The position numbers and the translations under genes were made by a program. Source: Nemertoderma westbladi (Eukaryota > Animalia > Xenacoelomorpha). Taken from it: a DNA stretch of 64,000 nucleotides. Shown one piece after another: positions 47,278 through 60,805 of this stretch; within the stretch, counting starts at the first letter, position 1; each line of letters starts with the position of its first letter. The stretch is taken from contig JAUCBJ010006420.1 in NCBI GenBank assembly GCA_032718475.1, positions 1 to 64,000 of the forward strand. The letters run 5' to 3'. Under the pieces are notes generated by a model. It saw nothing but the letters and a program-made list of their open reading frames with translations. It had not been told where the DNA came from and ran no database searches.

Positions 47278-50225
47278 GTTACAACGGCAGGTTGTTCTAA
47301 CCAAAACAATAAATAGGACTCAATAGATCAGGTTGCAATGTTAGGTTGCTCTAACCAAAACAATAAATGGGACTCAATAGATCAGGTTGCAATGTTAGGT
47401 TGCTCTAACCAAAACAATAAATGGGACTCAATAGATCAGGTTGCAATGTTAGGTTGTTCTTACCAAAACAATAAATGGGACTCAATAGATCAGGTTGCAA
47501 TGTTAGGTTGTTCTAACCAAAACAATAAATTAAATGGGACTCAATAGATCAGGTTACAACGGCAGGTTCTTCTAACCAAAACAATAAATGGGACTCAATA
47601 GATCAGGTTGCAATGTTAGGTTGCTCTAACCAAAACAATAAATGGGACTCAATAGATCAGGTTGCAATGTTAGGTTGTTCTAACCAAAACAATAAATTAA
47701 ACGGGACTCAATAGATCAGGTTACAACGGCAGGTTGTTCTAACCAAAACAATAAATGGGACTCAATAGATCAGGTTGCAATGTTAGGTTGTTCTAACCAA
47801 AACAATAAATTAAATGGGACTCAATAGATCAGGTTACAACGGCAGGTTGTTCTAACCAAAACAATAAATGGGACTCAATAGATCAGGTTGCAATGTTAGG
47901 TTGCTCTAACCAAAACAATAAATGGGACTCAATAGATCAGGTTGCAATGTTAGGTTGTTCTAACCAAAACAATAAATGGGACTCAATAGATCGGGTTGCA
48001 ATGTTAGGTTGTTCTAACCAAAACAATAAATTAAATGGGACTCAATAGATCAGGTTACAACGGCAGGTTGTTCTAACCAAAACAATAAATAGGACTCAAT
48101 AGATCAGGTTGCAATGTTAGGTTGCTCTAACCAAAACAATAAATGGGACTCAATAGATCGGGTTGCAATGTTAGGTTGTTCTAACCAAAACAATAAATTA
48201 AATGGGACTCAATAGATCAGGTTACAACGGCAGGTTGTTCTAACCAAAACAATAAATAGGACTCAATAGATCAGGTTGCAATGTTAGGTTGCTCTAACCA
48301 AAACAATAAATGGGACTCAATAGATCGGGTTGCAATGTTAGGTTGTTCTAACCAAAACAATAAATTAAATGGGACTCAATAGATCAGGTTACAACGGCAG
48401 GTTGTTCTAACCAAAACAATAAATAGGACTCAATAGATCAGGTTGCAATGTTAGGTTGCTCTAACCAAAACAATAAATGGGACTCAATAGATCAGGTTGC
48501 AATGTTAGGTTGTTCTAACCAAAACAATAAATGGGACTCAATAGATCAGGTTGCAATGTTAGGTTGTTCTAACCAAAACAATAAATTAAATGGGACTCAA
48601 TAGATCAGGTTACAACGGCAGGTTGTTCTAACCAAAACAATAAATGGGACTCAATAGATCAGGTTGCAATGTTAGGTTGTTCTAACCAAAACAATAAATT
48701 AAATGGGACTCAATAGATCAGGTTACAACGGCAGGTTGTTCTAACCAAAACAATGAATGGGACTCAATAGATCAGGTTGCAATGTTAGGTTGTTCTAACC
48801 AAAACAATAAATTAAATGGGACTCAATAGATCAGGTTACAACGGCAGGTTGTTCTAACCAAAACAATAAATGGGACTCAATAGATCAGGTTGCAATGTTA
48901 GGTTGTTCTAACCAAAACAATAAATTAAATGGGACTCAATAGATCAGGTTACAACGGCAGGCTGTTCTACCCAAAACAATAAATGGGACTCAATAGATCA
49001 GGTTGCAATGTTAGGTTGTTCTAACCAAAACAATAAATGGGACTCAATAGACCAGGTTGCAATGTTAGGTTGTTCTAACTAAAACAATAAATGAGACTCA
49101 ATAGATCAGGTTACAACGGCAGGTTGTTCTAACCAAAACAATAAATGGGACTCAATAGATCAGGTTGCAATGTTAGGTTGTTCTAACCAAAACAATAAAT
49201 TAAATGGGACTCAATAGATCAGGTTACAACGGCAGGTTGTTCTAACCAAAACAATAAATGGGACTCAATAGATCAGGTTGCAATGTTAGGTTGTTCTAAC
49301 CAAAACAATACATTAAATGGGACTCAATAGATCAGGTTACAACGGCAGGTTGTTCTACCCAAAACAATAAATGGGACTCAATAGATCAGGTTGCAATGTT
49401 AGGTTGTTCTAACCAAAACAATAAATGGGACTCAATAGATCAGGTTGCAATGTTAGGTTGTTCTAACCAAAACAATAAATTAAATGGGACTCAATAGATC
49501 AGGTTACAACGGCAGGTTGTTCTAACCAAAACAATAAATGGGACTCAATAGATCAGGTTGCAATGTTAGGTTGTTCTAACCAAAACAATAAATTAAATGG
49601 GACTCAATAGATCAGGTTACAACGGCAGGTTGTTCTAACCAAAACAATAAATGGGACTCAATAGATCAGGTTGCAATGTTAGGTAGTTCTAACCAAAACA
49701 ATACATTAAATGGGACTCAATAGATCAGGTTACAACGGCAGGTTGTTCTACCCAAAACAATAAATGGAACTCAATAGATCAGGTTGCAATGTTAGGTTGT
49801 TCTAACCAAAACAATACATTAAATGGGACTCAATAGATCAGGTTGCAATGTTAGGTTGTTCTAACCAAAACAATAAATGGGACTCAATAGATCAGGTTAC
49901 AATGTTAGTTTGTTCTAACCAAAACAATAAATGGGACTCAATAGATCAGGTTACAATGTTAGGTTGTTCTAACCAAAACAATAAATGAGACTCAATAGAT
50001 CAGGTTACAAAGGCAGGTTGTTCTAACCAAAACAATAAATGGGACTCAATAGATCAGGTTGCAATGTTAGGTTGTTCTAACCAAAACAATAAATGAGAGT
50101 CAATAGTTCATACAGTGGTAGGTTGTTCTAATCTAACCAAAACATGAAACGAGCGGCAATAACTCAGGTTATAGTGGTGCATTGTTCTCACCAAAACAAT
50201 AAACGGGACTCAATAGATCAGGTAA
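47278..50225. repeat. 54/59-bp satellite (about 52 units) with a 113-bp dimeric higher-order pattern
   Basis: Unit gttgcaatgttaggttgttctaaccaaaacaataaatgggactcaatagatcag; a +ttaaa variant is usually followed by a ttacaacggc variant. Confidence 0.97.
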
Positions 50226-50522
50226 CAGTTTCACTTTTTGTTCACAGTAACTGGTATCGGTTCTTTACAGTAGACACCTCATTATTCTATTTAGTCTAGG
50301 ACCCGGTTAGGATTTGATAACTTTTGAGATTATTCTCAACTGCAATAGGGTAATGAGAATACAAGGCAGAACCTCTTATATGAGACTAAATTAATAACCG
50401 GTGAGGAGTGAGGTTCGAATAAGTCAGTTGATATCGCCAAAAATAATTAAACAACTCTATTCATCAAAATGACGATAAACATCTGAATCTTTTCAATGTG
50501 AATGAATTGGGACATATGGAGG

Positions 50523-50692
50523 TCCAAAAGGGACATTAAAAATATTTTTTGCTAACTCGTGCTTACGACTTAGTAAGTCGTGCGCACGACTTGCCATCCC
50601 TAAAACCTAGTTAGTTAGTCGTTCGCACGACTTAGTTTAGTAATTCGCTCGCATATGTTAACAAAAAATATTCTTTTATGTCCCTTTAGGGG
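50523..50692. mobile_element. Short MITE-like inverted repeat downstream of SLC25A32
   Basis: aaagggacattaaaaatattttttgctaac ... gttaacaaaaaatattcttttatgtcccttt, with internal acgactt/agtcgt repeats. Confidence 0.6.
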
Positions 50693-50830
50693 CTACTTTG
50701 AATGGATATTTGGAAAATATGCTATTTTTAGAAAAGCATGTATAACTGCATAACTATAAAAAATATAAATATTATCAGATTAAATTATTTATCTATATTG
50801 TGGAATTTGATGAAACCATTGCAAATATTA

Positions 50831-51799
50831 TTACTTATTAACTAACATCCAATGTTTAACATTCTCATAAACTAGGAATGTTATAGATGTAGCAGGAACT
50901 ACCCTCAATAAACTTGGAACCAAACCCTTATAGAAACCTCGCAGACTCTCGTTCCTATATGTCCGTCGTATAGTGTCCCAGACACCGTGGTAGACCACAT
51001 GCTGGTCCTGCAGCCGGGCACGCAGTACCTGGTATGGGTAGGTCACTACCACCGCAAACCCTTTACTGATTGCCGCGAATAGAATATATAAACCTGAGGA
51101 GAACTGATAATCAACGGGAGAGACGTCGATATGGGAGCAATAGATCTTCTTGAGTTCCTCGTAGGCCATGAACTGTAGTGCCCCGTGGGAGACGCCAAAC
51201 AGCCCAGGAAGGAGTCCCTTGTACAGACCTCGGACGCCAGCCTCCCGGTACACAGAGAGGATACAATGCACCATACCGCGGTACTTCGGGGCGGTTGAGT
51301 CTAGCGACTCGTACTGGAGACACAGGCGGGTCTTGGCGACCCATATAGGGTTGGTAGCGACAACGGTCACCGCTCCCGCCTGCGCGGCGCATAGCAGATG
51401 CGTAGCTGCGCTCAACGGGACAGTCGCATCGTCGCTGGAGGCAGTGTAACTACGCTTGAAGGCGCCATATATGAAGAAGTAGAGTCCCCACGCGGAGCCA
51501 GCTCCCCAGACGTTGGGAGTAACTCCTTTATACAAACCGCGGATGCCTTCCGATCTGTAGATCGAACGAACGCAGTCTAGAATCCCCTCGTATTTCGGGC
51601 GGAGCATCATTCCGTCGTTTACGGAGAGTCTGACTTTCACTAAGTCCAGTGGGTGGACAACCAAGGTGGAAATAACCCCGCCCAGAACCCCGGCTACGAG
51701 ATTCTCGTATTGGACGTTCTTTAACATTCCGGCCCAGATTCCTTCGTTCACAGAGAATCCGTTGGTTGTAGTCGCGGTAGCGGTGTTTCCGAGTTTCAT
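50831..51799 (-). CDS. SLC25A32: Mitochondrial folate/FAD carrier (SLC25A32/MFT), 322 aa, single coding exon
   Basis: Three carrier repeats with HPLDLVKVRL, TNPIWVAKTRLCLQY (Trp-substituted signature typical of this subfamily) and YPYQVLRARLQDQH; also GVTPNVWGAGSAWGLYFF and GVSHGALQFMAYEELK. Confidence 0.96.
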   Translation of the reverse strand: MKLGNTATATTTNGFSVNEGIWAGMLKNVQYENLVAGVLGGVISTLVVHPLDLVKVRLSVNDGMMLRPKYEGILDCVRSIYRSEGIRGLYKGVTPNVWGAGSAWGLYFFIYGAFKRSYTASSDDATVPLSAATHLLCAAQAGAVTVVATNPIWVAKTRLCLQYESLDSTAPKYRGMVHCILSVYREAGVRGLYKGLLPGLFGVSHGALQFMAYEELKKIYCSHIDVSPVDYQFSSGLYILFAAISKGFAVVVTYPYQVLRARLQDQHVVYHGVWDTIRRTYRNESLRGFYKGLVPSLLRVVPATSITFLVYENVKHWMLVNK

Positions 51800-51989
51800 T
51801 TTAAATTGTTTGGAATTCTTGCTTTCGCGGGGGGTTTGTGTTGCGCAATGCGGTAGAAGAAGACAAAACCTACTGTAGGATTGTAGGAGCTCTACTCTAC
51901 GTCAACAACAATTTGATTTTATTTTTATTTATTACGAAACATTTTTCTAAGCTTACATGCACACAAATAAATTGTTACTAAGTAATAAT

Positions 51990-52203
51990 GGCCATATCCT
52001 GGTATTTGGTCCGCGGACCAAATACGTTTTCCGGCAAAGCCATTTAAATGAGCAGGTTAGTAAAGGAGCAGGTTACAGTGGCTTGTTGGGGGAACCAAAA
52101 CAATAAACATTGAATTACTTCATTGTTATTAATATTTTATTGTACATGATTACACATGATTACATTATACATTGGTCCGCGGACCAGAAGCCAGTATAAT
52201 GCC
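51990..52203. mobile_element. 214-bp MITE about 190 bp upstream of the SLC25A32 ATG
   Basis: Imperfect TIRs ggccatatcctggtatttggtccgcggaccaa / ttggtccgcggaccagaagccagtataatgcc; 8-bp TSD gtaataat at 51982-51989 and 52204-52211. Confidence 0.75.
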
Positions 52204-53289
52204 GTAATAATTGTACAGTAGTATTAAGTAAAATAATTAGTAAATTACGGTAAATGAAAAAATATTATGAATAATTATAATTGACTTCAAGGTAAAGACG
52301 GAGGTTGATCGTGAAGGCTCATTACATCAACCACCGGATAGACAATTGTAATATTATATTAAATTTTGTTAATATTAGTTCGGAAATGCAACTACCAAAA
52401 ATAAATGCAAATATTGAGTGATATTAGATTAACTTAGTTCAGTAATTATCCGGTAGGCATCTACAGAACCTACCAGAATACAGAAGTACGGTTCAGGCAG
52501 TCAGGTAGGCCTGTCGCGCTGCCTGCAGGAAACGGCCGGTGCATTAGTGTCTAAACTACAACAGGCTGGCAGGCTTCTGGGTTTACAGCTTCTACTGTCC
52601 TACTACAGTACTACACTTTATGATACTTAGTGCTGAGCTGACGTGCTAGTACAGTAGTAGGATATGTTAGAATGTTACTGATAGGAACTAACTATAGGTT
52701 ACTATTAGAACACAAGATAATTTCTGAATTAGGTAGTCAGGTATTGTTATCAAAGTCAGGCTGTCAGTCAGTCGGGTAAAGTACATGAAGTAGGCAGGTA
52801 GGTGTGTAGGTACTGTACTGTAATCAAATTAACAGAGTAATGAAATTAGAATATAAATTTTAAATAGAAAATGTTGAAAACAAGTGACTGACAAAGAAAA
52901 TATGAAATATTACAGTAGGCCTATTACTGTCACTATTAGACAGTTACCGGTACTGTTAACCCACACTTAACACCAGACAACAGACAGGTAGGAATATTGA
53001 TACCGGAAATCACCTGTTGTTAAACGAATAGTTTGAATTTCCCTCTCAGTTCTAGGCCGAATTTCTATTGATAGATAATAAGGATTTATTACAGTATGTA
53101 GTGTAAAATTTAAGTTTTACTGGTTACTATTTTATACGGCATTGATTTTTGATGTCCGTTTTTTTTACTTTTTTGTCCGCCTTTTCTTACGAATTGTGCA
53201 TAATTACTTTTTGTTGTCCGCTTCATGACTTTTTATGTATGCATTTCTTCAAACTGTCAGACTGCTGATTTCTGGACTGTCAGACAGTT

Positions 53290-53708
53290 GATTTAAGGGA
53301 AAGGAGCAGGTTACAGAGGCAGGCTTTTCTAACCAAAACAATAAACGGTCATTTTACCAAATGAAGGAAAGGGGCAGATATTACGGAGGCGGGATTTTCG
53401 AACCAAAACAATAAACGATTACTTTTACAGATTAAGGGAAAGGAGCAGGTTACAGAACAGGGCTTTTATAACCAAAACAAATAATTAACGATTACTTTTA
53501 CAAATTGAGGGAAAGTATCAGATTACAGATGCAGGCTTTTTAAACCAAAAAATAAAAAGTCACTTAACTAAATGAGGAAAAGGAGCAGGTTACAGAGGCG
53601 GGATTTTCTAACCAAAACAATAAACCACCACTTTAACAATTAAGAGAAAGGATAAGGTTACTGAGGCGGGCTTTTCTAACCAAAACAATAAACGATCATT
53701 TACCAAAT
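53290..53708. repeat. Diverged tandem repeat of about 70 bp (6 copies), related to the 54-bp satellite
   Basis: Core aaggagcaggttacagaggc...ttttctaaccaaaacaataaac. Confidence 0.8.
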
Positions 53709-56229
53709 GTGGAGCACATTACGACGCATCTTTATACCTACTGTACAATACAGCATTACTGCAAAATACTGTTCTATATACTGATACCAGAACTGATTAC
53801 CTAAGAGAACAGCAGTAGATATACCGATAGCTTGCAACCTAATCGAAAATTTCCGGAGGACATAAAAAGTAAAAATCAGAGGACACAATGAGTGATTTCA
53901 ACGGACAAGAAAAATTATTGTGATTTTGTAATATAGGCCTACATTATTTTATGAAAGATTGATATAATTACGAACATTTTGAGCGTAATAACAAAATTAC
54001 GAGGGTTGCTTTGTCTCCTAACGGATCCAAAGTCTCCCTCACCCGATTTTTATTATCAGTTTTGTGATATTATAGCCTTTTAATCTCCCGTTTCATCTCT
54101 ACTGAAGTGTTGCCATTCACGCCACAGGTATTTCCTCTACGATTTTAAATAATCAAGTTAGATTGTTAAAGTTAGGCCTAGGAATATTCTTCAGTTACTA
54201 AGCCAATAATTTTAATTCACCCTTCAATGCGTTTGCAGTACTTATAATCGAAATTTAAAATTACTTATTTCCTCTGGTTGACATTCAACTTATCATGTTA
54301 TGTAGAGCTTTATTTTGTCAATTTGCATCGACTGAAAATTGAAATTGCACCGATTTAAATTGAAACGGACCAACTGTGCTTGTATTAGTAATAATTTAAA
54401 TGAATAAAAAATATAATTATTTATTTTCGAAAGTGTTTAAACGGAACAATGGATGGAGAGAAAAATAGAAAAACAATTTGTTTTGCTATATTTCGGACAC
54501 CTTACGGTGACCGTCGTCAGACTTTAATTTAATTACACAACATAACAACAGATTATAAGAGCTGCAAATGTTTAATCAAATTTATTACATGGGAAAAAAT
54601 GCAGAACTTTTTTTCACTACTCCCGAGGCATATAATTTTCCGAAAGAAAGCGAGGTTAATGACGGGTCGAGAGAATATTAAAACAAATTTTCTACGTTTT
54701 TCTTTGTTGCCTATTTCTTTAATAAAAGATAGAGCGATATAGTGTTACAAGATAAATTGAACGTATATTGCTTCCATAGTTACTGCGTTTCATATTATTG
54801 CACTCTTCAACTCCTGAAGCTGCCTTACTCAATGTTAAATAATTTAATCTCGAACATTTATTATGTATAAAGAGCCGCTTAAGAACAAAAACCAATATTG
54901 GATATTGAGTTATGTTTTGGTGTAAGCCGTGTATACACTAAATTTGCAATAACTTTTGAGTTTGTGAATGGATTTTGCTCAAATTACGTGAAAGGCTTTT
55001 CTACTTCGATGCTCTTTCAACACATGTAATAAAATTTAAGAATTTCCCTTAACAATATTTTAATATACTTTTTCGCTGGGAAAAAAGTAAAAACAATGCA
55101 ATCATAATCATAATCTTTTATTCGGGGTATATTCGAGCGAAAAAGTAACAATTTTAGAATAAAACATTATACTTTTATGTGGTGGTAATTTTAATAGTAC
55201 CGTCATCCGGGGTTATTTGAACCAAAGGGTATACTTGTGCCACTTCGGGAAGGAATGACTTCATAGATTACAATTTTACATATAAGTGTACTAAAGTGGA
55301 ATATTTGCGGTCTTACCAGTCAGATAAACAATCTGCAAATTATAACATGCCATTTGTAGAGCTATAAATTTAATTTTAAACATAAAAAACTCATTTATTG
55401 ATCTTTGGAATATACCATAAAAAATAAAGAGCATCAAAATGGGTGTGATATTTTTTGTCTCAATAAACTATGGCAATCATTAACTGTTTAAAATTAGTCA
55501 CACATACTCTAAAATTGTCATAGACATCGGTTTTACCTTTTTAAATGGCTATGAATTGTTTAATTCACATATTATTCAATGGACTTTTAAAAATCAAGAA
55601 ATGGGGATACTTGAACCATGGTGGATAATTGAGCCACTTACAATATGGTAATGATTTTGTAATAAATTTATACTTTTGGATTACCAAGCAGACTATTAAA
55701 CGGTAGGTACGCACACAGTACACTCATACAGTCATGACATGACTCATGGTATCAGCATCAGGGCCATTATAAAGTGTATATGTACCATACCTAATACAGT
55801 AATACAAAAGTACTGTACTAAAGCTGTTTGTTATAAGTACCTTACTGATCTCTGGTAAATATGCACTACCCATAAGTCAGTAAGTATTGTATAATCTTAA
55901 TTGTAATTTGATAATTGTTTGAATTTGATAATTGTAATTGTAATTGTGAGGTATATCATATCACTAGGCCTACTTACTTTATCTACATTGTGTACCGGAC
56001 AATGGGACTGGGACACCGGGTACATAATTCGTACGTATTATTACCTGGCATACATGTACTGATGTACTCTCCATTCAGATCCACAATCTACTGCATATAG
56101 ATCTACTGTCACTGACATACGGTAGGCCCTACTGTGTTTCTGATCTGTTTGAATTTTTTATTATATTCTATTATAAACGTTAACTACTGAACAGTATGGT
56201 ATATGAAACATTCAGACGTTGATTAAGTC

Positions 56230-58078
56230 ATGCCGAGGACGCACAAACGACGTTTAGGTGCAACGAGGTATCTAGATTTTACAAAGGAAAATCTGGATAA
56301 TGCACTATCCGCTATACAGAAAGGAATGAGCCAGAGGGAGGCGGGAGGCGGCGTGGACATTTAGTATTTCGAGGGCGACATTGAACCGCCGTCTGAAAGA
56401 TCCTCTTCCAAATTCACCAGGAAAACCCCCAATTCTTACAAAGGACCAAGAGGATACGCTCGTAGACAGAATTCAGTTGATGTGTGATTGGGGTTTTCCT
56501 ATTGACGGATTTGATCTTCGAATCTTAGTAAAAAATATCCTGGACCAAAAAGGTGTTGTCATTCGAGCGTTTAAAGATAACCTTCCAAGCCACGAATATG
56601 TGTCTTCATTCCTAGGGCGCCATCGGTGTCTAACCACTAGATTTGCCGGCAACATTAAAAGAAAAAGAGCTCAAGTACAATCAGATACAATTAATCAGTT
56701 CTTTGACTTATATGAAAAGGAAGTTGCAGGGGTATCACCAGACTGTATTTACAACTACGACGAGACTAATTTATGTGATAACCCAGGTCAAAAAAAGGTG
56801 TTGATGAAAAGGGGGACGAAATATCCAGAACGCGTTATGAACCATACCAAAGCAAGTATCAGTATAATGATGTGTGGCTCAGCCACTGGTGAGCTGTTGG
56901 CCCCATATGTAGTGTATAAGGCCAAATCGGTATACTCATGTTGGACCCTTCCTTGGTGGCCCACAAGGGACTCGTTACTCATGTTCGAAATCTGGGTGGT
57001 TTGAAGGTGAAGGTTTTGTGGATTGGTTCATGCAAACCTTGCTCCCAGCAATAAAGAAGAAAGGTGCAGATAAGACAAAGGTTGTCATCGGTGATAATCT
57101 TTCGACTCATTTGTCATTAGATGTACTAAGATGCTGTGAAAATAATAAAATCAAATTCATTTGCCTCCCACCCAATGCCACTGACAAACTCCAGCCCTTG
57201 GATGTCGCATTCTTTGCTCCTTTTAAGAAACGTTGGCGTTCAGTTTTACAAGATTTTAAACTGAAACATCCCAAGGTGGATTCATTACCGAAGAGTACAT
57301 TTCCAGCATTATTGCATAGGTTGATGGCTGGGGTGTTGGAGACTGAACAGGATCAGTCATCATCATCACAAAATAAAAATCTTGTATCTGGATTTGCAAA
57401 AACAGGACTCTATCCTGTTCAGAGGGATAAGATTATATCAATGCTACCATCAGCAGCCCATGGGTCGTCTTCACCTGGTGCTGAAGTCGATGATGCCCTA
57501 ATTGCATTATTAAAGGACGTTACTGGGAGAGTGGAAGCCGATGTTAATACTAGAAAGCGGGGCAAAAAGGTCAATATTGTGGCAGGTCAGTCTATATCTG
57601 CTGTGATGTTGAAGCGCAGCTCAAAGAGGCGGAGGCTAGAAAAAAAATGCAAGGGAAGAAGAAGGGTCCACCAAAGTCAATCATACCCGTTGGAGAAGCA
57701 GGGAGAAAAAAAACTAAACGAGCATGGAAAGTAACAAAGGCGACTAAAAGTTCAACATTGAAGAAAACCCAACCATCTAGAAAACGAAGGAGAATATATT
57801 CAACATCTTCAGAATCATCCATCATGTCAATGACACCGTCTGGAATACCATCAACATCAACATCTGGGTCAGAAACAGATCAGGCAGTATACAGTACGGC
57901 ATGTTCCGACACTGAATTTGAATTTGAAGGTTTTAATTCCGAAATTCCAAATGTATCTGAATCCACTTCCTCACTCATTGACAGTAATGAGATATGTAGA
58001 TATGCATCATCACCAGAACTCACGATGGAAGATATTCTACTGTTGGAGGAGTTGAATGATATTGAATCCGAATCCTAA
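56230..58078 (+). pseudogene. Frameshifted pogo-type transposase (HTH-psq, CENP-B HTH, DDE_1)
   Basis: MPRTHKRR...GMSQREA, YNYDET, IGDNLSTH-(35 aa)-LQPLD; frameshifts at a 7-bp gggaggc duplication (about 56336) and a cctt duplication (about 56950). Confidence 0.9.
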
Positions 58079-58568
58079 TTCAAACTACATTATAAACATA
58101 TAATCTGACTTTTTTGGCAATTTCATAGGATAATCCAGTAATCCAGATTACCTATATTTTGTTGGTTTGTTGTATTCCCAGTGACTTTTCATGTAATTTC
58201 AATACTGTACTTGTTAATTCCGTTCCATTGCCAACTCTTGTCATATATTATGACAAGAGATTATATCATTATTGTTATATATTCGGTATGACTATAATTT
58301 AATATGATTATGTGCAATGAAACAAACCCCGTTGTCCACCATCATGGTGGACACCGGTGCACTTTTTAAAAACATTTTAGTGGGCCAAGTAACCACAAAC
58401 TGGGGTTATTGCAGCCACAAATGACCAATATAACTCATTATGATGGTGTTTATGTCGGTTTTTATGCGATGGCTCAAGAATCCCCACAATGGTTTAAGTA
58501 TCCCCATATTGGGGTAACTTGAGCCACAATGGTTTTTAAAAAAAAAGTAACCTCCATTTAAAAGGAGG

Positions 58569-60805
58569 ATCCAGAAAAAATGTCTAGGCATCCCAATCTA
58601 CCCAAAGTAACTGACAGTTTGGTTGCTCATAAAGATATTAATACAGCTACGCTACTCCTAAACGATGCAATAACTGATTCTACCAACTTGATTCGCCCTC
58701 GTATTGTTCATGGGAAACCTTGGTTTGATGATGACTGCAGGAGTTTAAAATCATCTCTACTGGCTGCAATGCGGATAAGAAATATCTCAGAAGACGATAC
58801 CGCGCATTATAATAACTAATAACTAATAAACGTATTTCTTATGAAAATTTAGAACTTTTAAATCGGATATCCCGCGTGGAAATTACCCCTTGGTCCATCT
58901 TCGAACATGGATTCAAGCCGTCAGTAGCTCCTATAGATGCTGCTGTGCTTGAGGATCACTTTACGTCGCTCCTTGGAACCCCCAACGACCCTGCCGATGC
59001 TCCACCCCCACCTGAAACAACAGAGTCGGAGCTGAACTCCGATGAATGGTTCAACCACCAGTTCACAAATGATGAAATATACGAGACTATCTCCAACCTT
59101 CCGAACAATAAAGCTTGTGGACAGGATGGTATTTTCTACGACCATATAAAACAAGCAGCCCCGTTTATTTTATCGATAATAACTCTTCTTTATAACGTTT
59201 GCCTTGAATCTGGTAATCTTCCATCTATCTGGAAGTAAAGTGTAATCAATATACTCTACAAGGGTAAAGGTACAATTACAAATCCGGACAATTACCGCGG
59301 GATTGCTCTCCTTTGCGTTCTACTTAAAATCCTGACGTCAATGATAAACAAAAGAATTCGCCGTGCTATGTCTGGTTTCATTCCGATTGAACAGTTTGGT
59401 TTTACTGCGGGAAGATCCACTAAACAAGCAATATCTCAGCTTCTTCGCGATATTTCAGCGGCTTTCAGCGGCGAGAGAAAATAGAACAACATACGCATTA
59501 TTTGTAGATTTTAGAAAGGCCTTCGACCTCCTTAGCAGAAAGGTTTTACTTAATAAGTTGTATAATTCTGGTGTTCGTGGGAAAACATACAATCTCATCA
59601 AGGACTTATTGTGCAATTATTTCCGTGTCAACGACGGCCTACGATTCTCGAATTTTATTAGACAGCTCGCAGGCGTTTTACAGGGAGACTGTCTCAGTCC
59701 CACCTGCTTCATTATATTTATCGCAGATCTCGCAGTTGCTCTTAGGAATGCGGCTTCTCTGCTAAAGTTCATATTCTATGCCGATGATTTAGTTATTTAT
59801 TCTAGAAACAAAAAGGATATCCAATCAGCTCTCGATATCATATTCGCTTGGTGCAACTCAAATGGAATGGAAGTGAATCTACTGAAAACTAAGATCGTGA
59901 AGTTCCGTAAAGGTGGACGCTTTAGTAAGGACGACACTTTTATATATGGAAATAATAATGTTAAATTGGTGAACAACTATGAATATCTTGGAATAACACT
60001 TCAGCCTTCCTTATCTTTCTCAACACACATAAAGCTAAAGAAAATGAAAGCGTTTGGAGTTATTGGCTCACTTCAACACCTGCGATTATTATCTACAGAT
60101 ACTGCGATTGAAATATTTAATATGAAAATATACCCTCTAGTAACATATTCCTTTACAGAAATCGGCCCATTTTTCACATTCACCCATCTGAAAGAAATTG
60201 ATAAAATTAAATCCGCTTTCGTCAAATCAATGCTCGCACTTCATAAATCTGCTTCATCAACAATGGCTCTCAAACTTATCGCACAGAAAACTTTCATCGA
60301 ATCAATTCTAGAACATAATCCCAACACATTCAATCGCGATATTATATCATCATACAGGATACACCGGGCCGACCGAGAATCAAATTTCATCAATGAAGGA
60401 TATTCAAACGGACCAGCTTTTAAATCAGATATATGGAAACGCTCCCATCAGACTAACAGACACGTAATTACTCGAGCTACTTCCCACGGATTCCATTTTA
60501 AAATATGTCTGAACCCAGCACCATTTCATCCTCTTTCAAGCGAATGTCTATGTCGATTCTGTGACCTACGCTGCTCTGACCGATATCACTGCCTTGTCTG
60601 TCCCCAATGCCCTCGGTTGTCTATTCTTGCGTCTAACTCTAAATAATTATTTACATATACAATATTATAGTCATCACTCTCATATTCATATTCGTTTTAT
60701 ATTTGTGATTTATTAATAACTATTTACATTATTGTGTGCAAAGTATAATAATCTTAATATACGCCGTTCTGTTTACCCCGACTGGGGTGTATTGTATTGT
60801 AAAAA
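58569..60805 (+). mobile_element. 5'-truncated LINE (RT plus C-terminal CCHC finger; RTEX-like, clade tentative)
   Basis: KPWFDDDC, YKGKG..NYRGIAL, FVDFRKAFD, QGDCLSP, YADD, CRFC...DRYHCLVCP; stops and frameshifts; (TGTAT)n-A tail; 13-bp TSD atttaaaaggagg at 58556-58568 and 60806-60818. Confidence 0.9.

Noticed and set aside
47278-50225. ORF 47338-47547 and a possible CRISPR-like structure in the 54-bp array
   Set aside because: No spacers, and the recurring 5-bp insertion destroys the frame.
53290-53708. Common origin of this array and the 63-bp satellite
   Set aside because: Only a faint gg.ttactg.gg resemblance and a different period (about 70 versus 63 bp); not supportable by eye.
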